Translations under genes and position numbers: made by a program
Origin: Ignavibacteriota bacterium
GTDB lineage: Bacteria > Bacteroidota > Ignavibacteria > UBA10030
Direction: 5' to 3'
Assembly: GCA_963727825.1 (NCBI GenBank)
Contig: CAVSHO010000009.1
Location: 864,001 to 928,000 of the forward strand
Length of the DNA: 64,000 nt
Part shown: one piece after another, positions 19,229 to 30,616 of the stretch
Layout of the letters: each line of letters starts with the position of its first letter
How positions within the stretch are numbered: position 1 is the stretch's first letter
The notes under the pieces: generated by a model
What the model was told of the DNA's origin: nothing
Seen by the model: the letters and a program-made list of their open reading frames with translations, nothing else
The model's database searches: none

Positions 19229-20554
19229 CTATCTCTGTTTTTTCTTCCACCATCTATTCAAACGTTCGCGAATGTCTTTCTCTCTGCCAATATCGGTTGG
19301 TTTGTAATAGAGTTTGTCCTTCAAATTATCTGGAAGAAATTGCTGCTCGACGAAGTGGCCTGTAAAATCGTGGCTGTACTTATATTCTTTTCCATAACCG
19401 AGATCATCCATCAATTTCGTTGGCGCGTTACGGATGTGAAGAGGCACTGGAAGATTGGGAAGATTCCGCACATCGGCTAATGCTTGATCAATGGCGAGAT
19501 ATGATGCGTTGCTCTTTTGTGCCGAAGCAAGATATGCTGTCGTTTGTGCCAGAACAATCCGTGCTTCCGGCATGCCGATATAATCTATAGCTGTAAAACA
19601 AGATGTTGCCAGCGTGATAGCGTAAGGATCGGCGTTGCCAATATCTTCTGATGCAAGCACAATCATTCGGCGAGCAATAAATTTTGGATCTTCGCCCCCA
19701 TCGAGCATTCGCGCCATCCAATATATTGCTGCATCTGGGTCGCTGCCGCGCACACTTTTAATAAATGCCGAGATAATATCATAGTGCTGTTCACCTTCCT
19801 TATCGTAGAGTGTAAATTTTCGCTGGAACGCCTCTTCAATTTTTTGTTTTGTGATGGTAACAGAACCATCGGCGTTTGGTTTTGTCAAACGAATTGAGTT
19901 TTCCAATCCATTTAACAATTTACGTGCATCGCCCCCGGAAAGAAGCATAAGAAATTCGCGATCGGTAATTTCAATTTTTCGTTTTGACAGCACCAGGTCA
20001 TTTTTCAATGCTTGATCGAGAATTTTGTTCAGAGCATCCCTGCCGAGCGATTCCAACACATATACTTGACAGCGGGAAAGCAGCGGAGATATCACTTCAA
20101 ATGATGGATTCTCGGTTGTCGCGCCAATGAGTGTTATAGTTCCATCTTCTACGGAATGTAGCAGTGCATCTTGTTGTGCTTTATTGAAGCGGTGAATCTC
20201 GTCGATAAAAAGAATGGTACGTTTATCGAGACGGCTTAAATTTTTCTCAGCGTGAGATATGATTTCACGGACATCTTTAACACCGGCTGCGACAGCATTG
20301 AGTTGATGAAAATCAGCTTCTATATAAGTGGCAATAAGTCGCGCTAGCGTCGTTTTGCCGACTCCCGGCGGTCCCCAAAAAATCATTGAGTTGATTTCGC
20401 CATGTTCTAGCATTAATTGAAGCGGTTTGCCTGCTTGAGTTAAATGATCTTGCCCAACATATTCTTCCAGCGTTTTTGGACGAATACGTTCCGCTAAAGG
20501 TGCTGTTGGTGAATGCACATTACGAGATTCTTCTTTAGAGAATAAATCAGACAT
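19229..20554 (-). CDS. rarA: Replication-associated recombination protein A (MgsA/RarA AAA+ ATPase)
   Basis: PLAERIRP, WGPPGVGKTT, DEIHRFNKAQQD, SAFIKSVRGSD and VPLHIRNAPT. Confidence 0.95.
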   Translation of the reverse strand: MSDLFSKEESRNVHSPTAPLAERIRPKTLEEYVGQDHLTQAGKPLQLMLEHGEINSMIFWGPPGVGKTTLARLIATYIEADFHQLNAVAAGVKDVREIISHAEKNLSRLDKRTILFIDEIHRFNKAQQDALLHSVEDGTITLIGATTENPSFEVISPLLSRCQVYVLESLGRDALNKILDQALKNDLVLSKRKIEITDREFLMLLSGGDARKLLNGLENSIRLTKPNADGSVTITKQKIEEAFQRKFTLYDKEGEQHYDIISAFIKSVRGSDPDAAIYWMARMLDGGEDPKFIARRMIVLASEDIGNADPYAITLATSCFTAIDYIGMPEARIVLAQTTAYLASAQKSNASYLAIDQALADVRNLPNLPVPLHIRNAPTKLMDDLGYGKEYKYSHDFTGHFVEQQFLPDNLKDKLYYKPTDIGREKDIRERLNRWWKKKQR

Positions 20555-20650
20555 AGAAGTATTTTGGAATGCGAATTGTGAAATGTAAATTGGTTTTGAA
20601 TCGAAACAATTTAATCATTATCTAAACCACCGACTACCGATTGCTGTTAT

Positions 20651-20995
20651 CTATTTATCTTTCTTTACCTGATATACAGTTTCACCCTCGCGCGCCATTC
20701 CATACTTTTCGCGGGCGGTTTTTTCTATTGTCTTCTTGTCGCCTTCTAACGCCTTAATTTGTTCCTGCAATCGTCCAGTCTCTATACTGTCGGATTTTAC
20801 TTTCTCAATCCATTCACGGTGTTGTGCTTCAAGACGGATTCGAGCAATAATGCCCTTATTGTTGAAAAGGAGAAAGAGAAAGAACAGGAATAAAATGATA
20901 AGGATAATAGTACGTAGCTTATTCTTTGCAGCATTTTTTGCAATTTTTTTTAGGAATCGTTCGGGGTGGAGATTTCTATAAAATTGATCTTCCAT
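20651..20995 (-). CDS. Septum formation initiator (FtsB/DivIC family)
   Basis: Single TM plus coiled coil plus IEKTAREKYGMAREGETVY. Confidence 0.8.
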   Translation of the reverse strand: MEDQFYRNLHPERFLKKIAKNAAKNKLRTIILIILFLFFLFLLFNNKGIIARIRLEAQHREWIEKVKSDSIETGRLQEQIKALEGDKKTIEKTAREKYGMAREGETVYQVKKDK

Positions 20996-21006
20996 CAAAT
21001 CAATGC

Positions 21007-22129
21007 TTATTTGTACCAATCATTTTTAGGCTGGTATGTCGTCTTGAGTTTTGTCTTTGCTTCGTGACGCTCAATAGCAAGTTGAATTAATTTATCCAAT
21101 AACGCAGGATATGATAATCCCGACGCCTGCCAGAGTTTTGGGTACATGCTAATGGAAGTAAAGCCAGGAATAGTGTTGATCTCATTCAAAAAGATCTTAT
21201 TTGTTTTTTTGTTAACCAGAAAATCAACGCGTGCCATACCAGCACAATCCAAAACACGAAATGCTGTAAGCGCATAATGCTTAATCTTTTTAACAACAGT
21301 GCTCGGTAACTTTGCCGGAATAACAGAATTAGATTTTTCATCCACATACTTTGCATCATAATCATAGAATTCATTTGAAGAAATAATTTCGCCTGGCATA
21401 GAAGCGACAGGTTGGTCATTGCCAAGAATACCGCATTCAATTTCGCGTGAATTCGTGATTCCTTGTTCCACTAAAATCTTTCTGTCAAATTGTGCGGCAG
21501 TATCAATAAATACAATGTAGTTCTTTACGATTATGCGCTTTGTTAATACCGATACTCGAGCCGGAGTTCGACGGTTTAACAAAAAGCGGATACTTCAACT
21601 TTTGTTCAATTTCTGCAATTATTTTTTTATGTTGCAATTTGTACTCTTCAAAAGTAAACCAAATGCTTGGCGCAGTCGGAATTTTTGCCTGAATTAGCAA
21701 TTGTTTCTGAGTCACCTTATCCATTCCAACAGCAGAGCCAAGTACACCTGGACCAACATACGGAAGATCTGCAAGTTCTAACAATCCCTGCAGTGTTCCA
21801 TCCTCGCCGTATCTGCCGTGAACTACCGGAAAGATGACATCTATTGCTTTTCCAACGTTGCCGCTATCGTTTATAGCTACAAGAGATTGTTTGCGCGGAT
21901 CTGGAACAAGTAATTGTTCCTGTTCAAGTTCAATCGGTTGTTTTTCTTTCAGTAAGCGGAGCGTTTCGTTGGAACTGAGCCATTTACCTGTTGGCGCGAT
22001 ACCGATAGGAACGACTTCATACTTTTCTTTATCAAGAGCATTGATTACGGAAGCAGCAGAGACGAGCGAAACTTCATGCTCTACTGATCGCCCGCCGAAA
22101 ATTACACCGATACGAATTCGTTTAGTCAT
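21007..22129 (-). CDS. ddl: D-alanine--D-alanine ligase, split by one indel near 21510
   Basis: [22 protein letters not shown] and GSSIG in one frame. YDYDAKY and [10 protein letters not shown] in the next. Confidence 0.92.
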
Positions 22130-22369
22130 TAGTATTTTGTAACCTGCAATTCGGAATGGATTGTATTCATGTTCTTCATGGAATATGATATGGAAAAGAG
22201 TGGAGAGGTGCAACGAACTAGATATCTATACTCATATAGGCTTTTATATTGCGTTTCGATAGAAAAGTAAGTAGGTTTTCTGCAATTAAATTGTCGTTCA
22301 CAAATCAAAAATAGAAGTATAATCAATCTGTTGAATCAATAACTGTTTCTACTATCGGAGAACGATTTA

Positions 22370-23899
22370 ATGGGTAACCCATTTTTTGCCAAAAAACCAT
22401 TATCACTTTTACTTGAAGAAATGAAAGGAGAAAATCGCTTACGCCGCGTGCTTGGTCCGGTAACACTGTCAAGTCTCGGAGTAGGAGCTATAATCGGCAC
22501 GGGCATTTTTGTTCTGACAGGTGTTGGCGCTCATGATAAAGCCGGGCCTGCGCTGATTCTTTCATTTGCAGCATCAGGTGTGGCATGTGTTTTCGCAGCC
22601 CTTTGTTATTCTGAATTTGCTTCGATGGCTCCCGTCGCCGGCTCGGCATACACGTATGCATATACAACACTTGGTGAATTGTTTGCATGGATTATCGGCT
22701 GGGATCTTGTGCTGGAATATGCAGTAGCTTCGGCTGCCGTTGCTCATGGCTGGTCTGCTCACTTTCAAGATCTTCTTAAAAGCTTTGGCGTTTATATCCC
22801 GCACTCATTCTCCAGTGCGCCGTTCGATTTTGATTTACAAGCCGGCCACTTCTTTGCTACCGGATCATTTCTCGATCTTCCTGCTATTATCATCACAGCA
22901 ATTATCACACTTATTTTAGTAAAAGGAATCAGAGAAAGCGCTGTATTTAATACAACAATTGTTGCGATCAAATTAGTTATTGTCTTATTTGTAATTGTAG
23001 TCGGTGTATTCTATATCGATCCAAATAATTGGAAGCCGTTTGCTCCATATGGTTATACGGGAATCAGTTTCTTTGGCCATACATTGTTCGGGAAAACTAG
23101 CGCAGATGGGGTTCCACTCGGAATGCTTGCCGGCGCGGCAATTATTTTTTTTGCATACATCGGTTTCGATTCGGTTTCCACTCACGCAGAAGAAGCTCGT
23201 AATCCGCAACGCGATGTTCCCATCGGTATAATCGCTTCGCTCCTTATTTGCACTGTCTTGTATATTGCCGTCTCTGCAGTCCTGACAGGAATGGTTCCTT
23301 ACGACAAGATAGATATAAACGCACCGGTCTCTAACGCATTCGCGCAAAACGGATTGCCCTGGGCACAACGCCTTATCGATGTCGGAGCTATTACAGGCAT
23401 TACCTCTGTTTTACTTGTGATGATGTTAAGTCAACCGCGGGTTTTATTGGCAATGGCACGTGATGGTATGGTACCGGAAAGTTTTTTTGGTGCTGTGCAT
23501 ACAAAATTCCGAACACCATGGAAATCAACAATTCTCACCGGAATTTTTGTCGGAACAATGGCAACATTGCTTCCACTTCGCATACTTGCCGAATTAACCA
23601 ACATCGGAACATTGCTTGCATTTGTGATTGTCTGTACGGCTGTCCTTATTATGCGTAAAACAAATCCTAAGGCAGAACGTCCATTCCGCGCTCCGTTTGT
23701 GCCTTTCACGCCGATTGCCGGAATAGTTTGCTGCCTCATTTTAATGTTTTCTCTTCCGGTAGAAAATTGGTGGCGTTTGTTTATATGGCTGGGAATAGGT
23801 TTCATCATATATTTTAGCTATGGACGGCGGCATTGCGTTACAGCTCGGATCCGGCGGGGCGAAGTTACGGTTCCTGAATCAATTGAAACAACTAAATAG
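22370..23899 (+). CDS. APC-superfamily amino acid permease (CAT-like)
   Basis: GAIIGTGIF, GSAYTY and FAYIGFD motifs. Confidence 0.9.
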   Translation: MGNPFFAKKPLSLLLEEMKGENRLRRVLGPVTLSSLGVGAIIGTGIFVLTGVGAHDKAGPALILSFAASGVACVFAALCYSEFASMAPVAGSAYTYAYTTLGELFAWIIGWDLVLEYAVASAAVAHGWSAHFQDLLKSFGVYIPHSFSSAPFDFDLQAGHFFATGSFLDLPAIIITAIITLILVKGIRESAVFNTTIVAIKLVIVLFVIVVGVFYIDPNNWKPFAPYGYTGISFFGHTLFGKTSADGVPLGMLAGAAIIFFAYIGFDSVSTHAEEARNPQRDVPIGIIASLLICTVLYIAVSAVLTGMVPYDKIDINAPVSNAFAQNGLPWAQRLIDVGAITGITSVLLVMMLSQPRVLLAMARDGMVPESFFGAVHTKFRTPWKSTILTGIFVGTMATLLPLRILAELTNIGTLLAFVIVCTAVLIMRKTNPKAERPFRAPFVPFTPIAGIVCCLILMFSLPVENWWRLFIWLGIGFIIYFSYGRRHCVTARIRRGEVTVPESIETTK

Positions 23900-23988
23900 A
23901 TTACTAATTGATTCAATACGCAACGCTTGGTGATACTCAAGCAGTCAAATAATAATTTCTAGCTTGTCAAATATTTTATATAGCATCT

Positions 23989-25456
23989 ATGATCTCTTCA
24001 GGCGAACAACAACAATTCAAGCGCAGATTGGGACTTCTTGATTCAACCATGATTGTCATTGGCTCGATGATCGGCTCCGGTATCTTTATTGTCAGCGCTG
24101 ACATCGGACGCACAGTTGGAGCACCCGGATATCTTCTGCTGGTTTGGTTAATCACAGGCGTTATGACCGTCATTGCAGCTCTTAGTTATGGCGAGCTTGC
24201 AAGCATGATGCCGCACGTTGGCGGACAATATGCATATCTTCGTGAAGCATATAATCCATTTATCGCTTTTCTATATGGGTGGACATTGTTTCTCGTCATT
24301 CAAACCGGCACTATTGCGGCTGTTGCTGTTGCATTTGCAAAGTTCACCGGTATTCTTATTCCGTGGTTCGGCGAGCAACATATTCTTCTTTCTTTCGGCA
24401 CATTCCACATTACAGCTGCACAAATTCTCGCTATTGCGAGTGTGGCATTATTGACATATGTAAATATGCGCGGTTTGCAGGAAGGGAAAATTGTACAGAA
24501 TATTTTCACTACTACAAAAATTGTAGCACTTCTTGGATTCGTTCTCCTTGCACTCTTCGTTGGAAGAAATTCTTCAGCAATAGCAATAAACACAAGAGGT
24601 TTTTGGAATGCGTCGTGGACACAAGTTGCTGGAGGTAAGATTATTTCTATAACGCCGATTTCCGGTTTGATGCTGTTATCAGCTATCGGTGTTGCGATGG
24701 TCGGATCCCTTTTTTCTGCTGACGCATGGAATAATATTACATTCACTGCTGGTGAAGTTACTAATCCGAAAAGGAACATTCCACTTAGTCTTGCTTTAGG
24801 AACGGGAACAGTTATTCTTATTTATCTTCTTGCTAATATCGGATACTTACTGGTCCTGCCGTTGACTCGGCTCACCCGAAGCGCTTGATGCGACAGGACG
24901 AGGAATTCAATTTGCTGCGAGCGATCGTGTTGGTACGGCTGCCGCATCAGTCATATTTGGAGATAGTGCTGCAGTCATAATGGCAATTATGATTATGATT
25001 TCAACATTTGGGTGTAATAATGGATTAATACTCGCTGGCGCACGCGTATATTATGCAATGGCAAAGGATAGATTATTTTTTAAGAACGCCGGAATGCTAA
25101 ACAAAAAATCTGTACCAGGTGCAGCGTTGGTAGTTCAGTGTGTATGGACATGTCTTCTGTGTCTCTCAGGCACCTACAGTGATTTGCTCGACTATGTTGT
25201 TTTCGCTGTATTGCTGTTTTACATTTTAACGGTTGTCGGAATATTTATTCTAAGGAAGAAACAACCAGATGCAGAACGACCGTATAAAGCGTTCGGTTAT
25301 CCAGTTATTCCTGTCTTGTATGTTCTTCTCGCAACTGCAATCTCATTAGATCTTTTGATATTCAAACCTAATTACACTTGGCCGGGATTAATTATTGTAT
25401 TGCTGGGAATTCCGGTATATTTTATATGGAAGAAAGTTGGTTTCAGAACGAACTAA
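23989..25456 (+). CDS. APC-superfamily amino acid permease (LAT-like), split by an indel near 24870
   Basis: GSMIGSGIF and ADAWNN. The C-terminal part continues in ORF 24980-25456 (GCNNGLILAGARVYY). Confidence 0.85.
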
Positions 25457-25507
25457 ACAAACAACGTTCTCTTAGCGGACAAACGATAAAAATAGATTAC
25501 TGAAAAT

Positions 25508-26899
25508 TTACACTCTTCGTTTTTTCAGCACACGTGTCCACGAAGCAATTTGTTTTTTCACTTCATGGGGGTTCGTACTGCCTGCCGATTGTTTTTGATT
25601 TACGCTATTCTGGGGCAGAATAAAGTTAAGCACATCAGCATCGAATTTAACAGAGAATTGTTTTAGCGTTTCAACATCAAGGTTGCCAAAATACATTTTG
25701 CGATTGATACAGTATGCCACTACTTTACCGGTAATCTCGTGCGCCTCTCGGAAGGGCATCCCTTTGCGCACTAAATAATCTGCCATATCTGTAGCTGAAA
25801 GGAAATCTGTACGGAGTTCTTCTTCCAAACGCGGTTTGTCGAATGTTGTATGCACAAGCATATGCGCAAAGATTAAAAGACATTGTCGCGCGGTGCTAAC
25901 GACATCAAACATTGGCCTCTTGTCTTCTTGCATATCGCGGTTGTATGCAAGAGGCAAGCCCTTCATCGTTGTAAGAAGACTGACCAGCGCGCCATAAATA
26001 CGGCCGGTCTTCCCGCGAACAAGCTCTGCCATATCAGGATTCTTTTTCTGCGGCATAATACTGCTGCCTGTTGTGTAAGAATCGCTTATTTGAGCAAAGC
26101 CAAATTCTTTCGTCGTCCACAAAACCAATTCTTCTGCAAACCGGCTCAAGTGCATAATGAGAATGCTGCACGTTGCTGTAAATTCAATTAAGTAATCTCT
26201 ATCACTCACAGCGTCAATGCTGTTTTCAATGATCCCATCGAAGTGCAGTTTCTTTGCAACCATTGAACGATCAATTGGAAAAGATGTTCCTGCAAATGCT
26301 GCTGCGCCGAGTGGCGATTTATTGAAACGCTTACTGCAGTCCTGTAATCTCTCAAAGTCGCGCTCCAGCATGGAAATATACGCCAAGAGATGATGTGAGA
26401 GCAGAATCGGCTGTGCGCGCTGAGTGTGCGTATAGCCGGGCATCATTATGCCGAATACTTTTTCGGATTTGTAGAGCAATACACGCTGGAGATTAACGAC
26501 AAGTTTGCTAATCTCGCGGATTGCAGTGCGGAGGAATAACCTCTCGTCAAGCGCAATCTGATCGTTGCGGCTTCGTGCGGTGTGCAGTTTTCCGCCGAGC
26601 GCACCAATTCTTTGTGTCAACCGCTGTTCGATTGCCATGTGCACATCTTCGTACTCTTCAGTTAATTCAAACTTGCCAGATTCAATTTCTTTCTGGATTG
26701 ATTTTAACGCTGTGCGGATACGCCGCATCTCAGATGCGGTAAGTATTTTGCACGCGGCTAACATTTCTACGTGCGCAATACTTCCAGCAATATCTTCCTC
26801 GTAGAGTATTTTATCGAATTCTATAGAAGAAGAAAATTTCAATGCGATTTCAGCAAGGGGTTCTTTAAACCTTCCGCCCCAAAGTGTTTGAGTTGACAT
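25508..26899 (-). CDS. argH: Argininosuccinate lyase
   Basis: LWGGRF, HTARSRNDQ, GSSIMPQKKNPD and YNRDMQEDK. Confidence 0.97.
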   Translation of the reverse strand: MSTQTLWGGRFKEPLAEIALKFSSSIEFDKILYEEDIAGSIAHVEMLAACKILTASEMRRIRTALKSIQKEIESGKFELTEEYEDVHMAIEQRLTQRIGALGGKLHTARSRNDQIALDERLFLRTAIREISKLVVNLQRVLLYKSEKVFGIMMPGYTHTQRAQPILLSHHLLAYISMLERDFERLQDCSKRFNKSPLGAAAFAGTSFPIDRSMVAKKLHFDGIIENSIDAVSDRDYLIEFTATCSILIMHLSRFAEELVLWTTKEFGFAQISDSYTTGSSIMPQKKNPDMAELVRGKTGRIYGALVSLLTTMKGLPLAYNRDMQEDKRPMFDVVSTARQCLLIFAHMLVHTTFDKPRLEEELRTDFLSATDMADYLVRKGMPFREAHEITGKVVAYCINRKMYFGNLDVETLKQFSVKFDADVLNFILPQNSVNQKQSAGSTNPHEVKKQIASWTRVLKKRRV

Positions 26900-27031
26900 G
26901 ACGAAATCCGATTAATAATGGCTGATGTAAGATAATTGTTTAATTCAAGTTACCTAAAAATAGGAAAGGGAGCAATGAGGCCGAGGAATAAATGTAAAAG
27001 GAAATAATCGCAATAGTTTTGCGGTCTTTTA

Positions 27032-28858
27032 TTATTTTATTTCTACATTAGTTTTTACAAACTCCTCCAGCCCCCTTACAATTTGCTCTGCCACTTTCTT
27101 CCGAAAGCCGTCATCAAGCAACAACATTTCATCTTCTGGATGAGAAAGAAAAGCCGTTTCCACTAGTACATTTGGCAGTTGTGTAAGTGAGTTGAGTATG
27201 AAGTTAAAACCGCCCACTTCGCCAAACGGTTTTAATCCGATAGCAAGCATTTTGTCATACATAATGTCGGCAAGCGGTTTGAATCCAATCGGTTTGTAAT
27301 AAACGCTGACGCCTCGGAGTGCAAGTGGGTCGGATGCATCACCGGCAGAGTTGCAATGAATGCTCACTAATAACCGCGCGTCGGTACGAATAATTTTATC
27401 AATACGTTCGGACATTGCCGGAACGTCATTCTCTGTACGAGTGAGCACAACTTGAGCGCCTTTGGAATTGAGAATTGCTTCAACATTTCGCGCCATCAAA
27501 ATAGTCATATCTTTTTCAAGCACGCCGGTTGCGCCAATTGCGCCGTGGTTCTCGCCGCCGTGCCCTGCATCGACAGCAATAATGAGTCCTGAAAGAACTG
27601 AATCGGGTGATGCAATCACAGGTGGCCTACGGATTTTAATTCGTAGCGAGTTGCCCGCATAATCAATATCATATCCCCAATGCGGATGAAGGAGACCGAT
27701 AATAATGCGGTACTGATCGGAGGCAACTTGTTTCCATGTGATGCCTTCGATTCCTTTTACGAAACGCGATTGCGAAATCCAATTTGTGTTTGATGTTGCA
27801 CCATAGATATCTACAGCAATTGCATTAGGATTAACTAATACTTCACTACTGTATGGAAGTTTTTCGGAAAGTCCAAGGGTGACAATATCTTCTGAACCAT
27901 TACTTGTTGCAGAAATAGCTCCGACGAGCGCTCGCGGCAGAGGCGTATCCGACGGTAGAAGTTTTGCAAATTCTTCCGGCAGCCATGATTCCATAGACGC
28001 AGAAAGCTTAATACGATATTGCGAGCCAATCTTGCCTGTAATTTCAACTCGAATTCCCTCTTGAAGAAATCCGAGCTTCGATCCACCGAGACGATCTTCA
28101 CCAAGTCCGGCGTTAAGATATGGACGCTTGCCTACAACCTCTGCAACGCGCGGCAGTTCTTTTGGAAGAATAGATATCTTTGCTTTCGATGAAACCTTTT
28201 CACTACTCCAAAAGCTTTTCTTCAGGCGGAATTTGATTTGCACATCCCGTGCTTCATCTGTCGGTTTCACTATATAGCGGCCAATATAGATGCCTGTAAA
28301 CCCACCGCCTTCGCTCGGCGAAAGTTCGCGCATCGGAATACCTGATTCCACATCCGGTATATCAAATGACGCTTCCCACCCTGGACTTCCTTTAAACTTT
28401 ACTTCCAATACATCGCCGGATGTCAGCCACATATCCTCTGCCGGCTCCATCATAGCTTGTTCAATGACGAGCGTATCATGCGGGGAGTTCTTCATCGGCT
28501 GTGGGCGGATGATGACGAATTCCTTCCAAGTTGAATCTCCTGCAGTAGATTTTACTTTCAAGCAAAAAATATTTGTGTCCACATTGATACGGAGGAGATC
28601 GACAAACGCACCGCTTGCATAAACTTTTGTTTGCTTGCCGTTGATGAATGCCTTCGCATCCGGTCTTGTGCAGGCGGCAACCCGATAATGAGAAGCAAAT
28701 GTCCGAATAGTATCCTTGTCCGGACGTTGCACCTGTAAGAAAAGTGTATCCGTTTCTATTTTTGGTTGAACAGGAGATAACTGTTGATAGCTATTGATTT
28801 TAATTTGAGCAAAAACACTTGATGTAAAAAGAAGAATAACAATATATGAACGAAGCAT
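27032..28858 (-). CDS. Exported N-acetylmuramoyl-L-alanine amidase (Amidase_3) with long N-terminal region
   Basis: Signal peptide, VDAGHGG, EKD, SIHCN and LVETAFLSH. Confidence 0.88.
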   Translation of the reverse strand: MLRSYIVILLFTSSVFAQIKINSYQQLSPVQPKIETDTLFLQVQRPDKDTIRTFASHYRVAACTRPDAKAFINGKQTKVYASGAFVDLLRINVDTNIFCLKVKSTAGDSTWKEFVIIRPQPMKNSPHDTLVIEQAMMEPAEDMWLTSGDVLEVKFKGSPGWEASFDIPDVESGIPMRELSPSEGGGFTGIYIGRYIVKPTDEARDVQIKFRLKKSFWSSEKVSSKAKISILPKELPRVAEVVGKRPYLNAGLGEDRLGGSKLGFLQEGIRVEITGKIGSQYRIKLSASMESWLPEEFAKLLPSDTPLPRALVGAISATSNGSEDIVTLGLSEKLPYSSEVLVNPNAIAVDIYGATSNTNWISQSRFVKGIEGITWKQVASDQYRIIIGLLHPHWGYDIDYAGNSLRIKIRRPPVIASPDSVLSGLIIAVDAGHGGENHGAIGATGVLEKDMTILMARNVEAILNSKGAQVVLTRTENDVPAMSERIDKIIRTDARLLVSIHCNSAGDASDPLALRGVSVYYKPIGFKPLADIMYDKMLAIGLKPFGEVGGFNFILNSLTQLPNVLVETAFLSHPEDEMLLLDDGFRKKVAEQIVRGLEEFVKTNVEIK

Positions 28859-28940
28859 GGAAATTCCCGAAATTGATGTTAATACGTGATATTAATCAAT
28901 CAAGAAATGGGATGAAATTCAAGCTATGCTTATAATAATA

Positions 28941-28966
28941 AAGCCGATAGTAAGGGCTATCGGCTT
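28941..28966 (-). terminator. Intrinsic terminator downstream of argG
   Basis: AAGCCGATAG-N6-CTATCGGCTT hairpin followed by a T-rich tract on the minus strand. Confidence 0.7.
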
Positions 28967-28992
28967 AAATTAATAAAAATGTAATCATCCGA

Positions 28993-30211
28993 TTACTTTT
29001 TCTTCTTCAGTAAGTCCTTGTTCACCTGGTAAAATGTTTTTATCGGTAAGCCATAGATTTTTATGAAGCCAACACTCGCCTTGTGATCAAACGAATCCTC
29101 TTCCGTGTATGTTGCCAGCTTCGTGTCGTAGAGTGAAGAAGCCGATTTGCGCCCTGCAATATCGAGATTGCCTTTATAGAGTTTCACTTTCACTAAACCG
29201 GAAACTACTTTTTGAGTTTCATTTACAAACGCATCCATCGCAACGCGAAGCGGCGTGAACCACAGACCATTGTAAATCATATCTGCGTAGTCATTGGCAA
29301 GTTTAGCTTTGAAATGTGCGGTATCTTTGTCAAGCACGAGACGTTCAAGTTCGCGGTGGGCAAAGTGAAGAACTGTCGCCGCGGGTGCCTCATACACCTC
29401 GCGGGATTTAATACCGACAAGGCGGTTCTCAACAAGATCAAGTCTGCCTACACCATTTGCTCCGGCGATTTCGTTTAATCGGTCAATCAGTTCCACACCG
29501 CTCATTCTTTTACCGTTCAATGCGACGGGAACACCAAGCTTGAATTCAATACTAACGTAGGTAGGCTTATCTGGTGCTAAATTTGCAGGCACAGTGCGTT
29601 GATATGCATCTGCTGGTGGCTCGACCATCGGATCTTCTAAAACGCCGCATTCGATGGCAGTGCCCCAAAGATTTTCATCTATAGAATATGGATTCTTCTT
29701 TGTTGCGGAAACGGGAATTCCATGTTTTTCACAGTAAGCAATTTCTTCTTCACGAGATTTGAATTCCCACTCACGCACCGGCGCCAGTACTTTTAATTCC
29801 GGCGCGAGCGCTGCAACGGAAACTTCGAAACGAACCTGATCGTTTCCTTTTCCTGTACAGCCATGCGCAACCGCAGTGCATCCTTCTTTCTTAGCTACTT
29901 CCACTAATGATTTTGCCAGCAGCGGGCGGCCTATTGCCGTTGCCATCGGATAGCTATATTCGTATAGCGCACCTGCTTTTAAGCGACGGCCAAATGTAGT
30001 CTTCCACAAATTCTTTCGATAAATTCTGTATATAAACCTTCTTAGCTCCAGATTTGATCGCTTTTTCTTTTAATCCAACGAGTTCTTTTTTCTGTCCCAA
30101 ATTTCCTGTAACTGTGATAATTTCCGCGTTATATTTTTCTTGCAGCCATTTCACGATAACCGATGTATCAAGTCCGCCAGAGTACGCAACGGCGATTCGT
30201 TCTTTTTTCAA
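28993..30211 (-). CDS. argG: Argininosuccinate synthase, split by one indel near 29990
   Basis: TTG start after [15 protein letters not shown] in one frame, then [14 protein letters not shown] and SREVYEAP in the next. Confidence 0.93.
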
Positions 30212-30237
30212 TTCAATTCTCCTTGTGATAATATGTT

Positions 30238-30576
30238 CTATTTTACCCAAAATAAAGTTATGCCGGGATTCGATTTTCCAAGATCCAAATCCGGCACCTG
30301 TCCGCATTGTTTGCGCATTTCTTGCGTTTTTGCATCAAGAATATGGTAATTCTCTCCCGGAATAACTGAAAGCAGACGCGCTTGATTGCGATGCGCCCAG
30401 TTATAAACAACTTGTTTCAATACAGCAGGCTTATCATCCGTACCGTAACCATGTATTACTTTCAGGACACGCCATTTTTGAGTTGAACGGATTCGTCTCA
30501 CTTCATCATCAAGCATCATTTCAGCGGCTTCAGATGTAAGCGGCGGATGGGCGATATCAATTGTGCATAAATACAT
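30238..30576 (-). CDS. Standalone Smr-domain-like protein
   Basis: TIDIAH, LKVIHGYG and the C-terminal NPGIT loop match the Smr fold pattern. Confidence 0.6.
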   Translation of the reverse strand: MYLCTIDIAHPPLTSEAAEMMLDDEVRRIRSTQKWRVLKVIHGYGTDDKPAVLKQVVYNWAHRNQARLLSVIPGENYHILDAKTQEMRKQCGQVPDLDLGKSNPGITLFWVK

Positions 30577-30616
30577 TTATGATGCTCTGTCTATTTTCAA
30601 AAAACATGTTTTTCAG

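Noticed and set aside
21007-30211. Frameshifts in ddl, the APC permease and argG as programmed frameshifting or pseudogenes
   Set aside because: These are single indels in otherwise intact, normally required genes, with no shared slippery motif, and similar breaks occur across the window. Sequencing consensus error is more likely. The same reasoning applies to the cyclase and ccmF.
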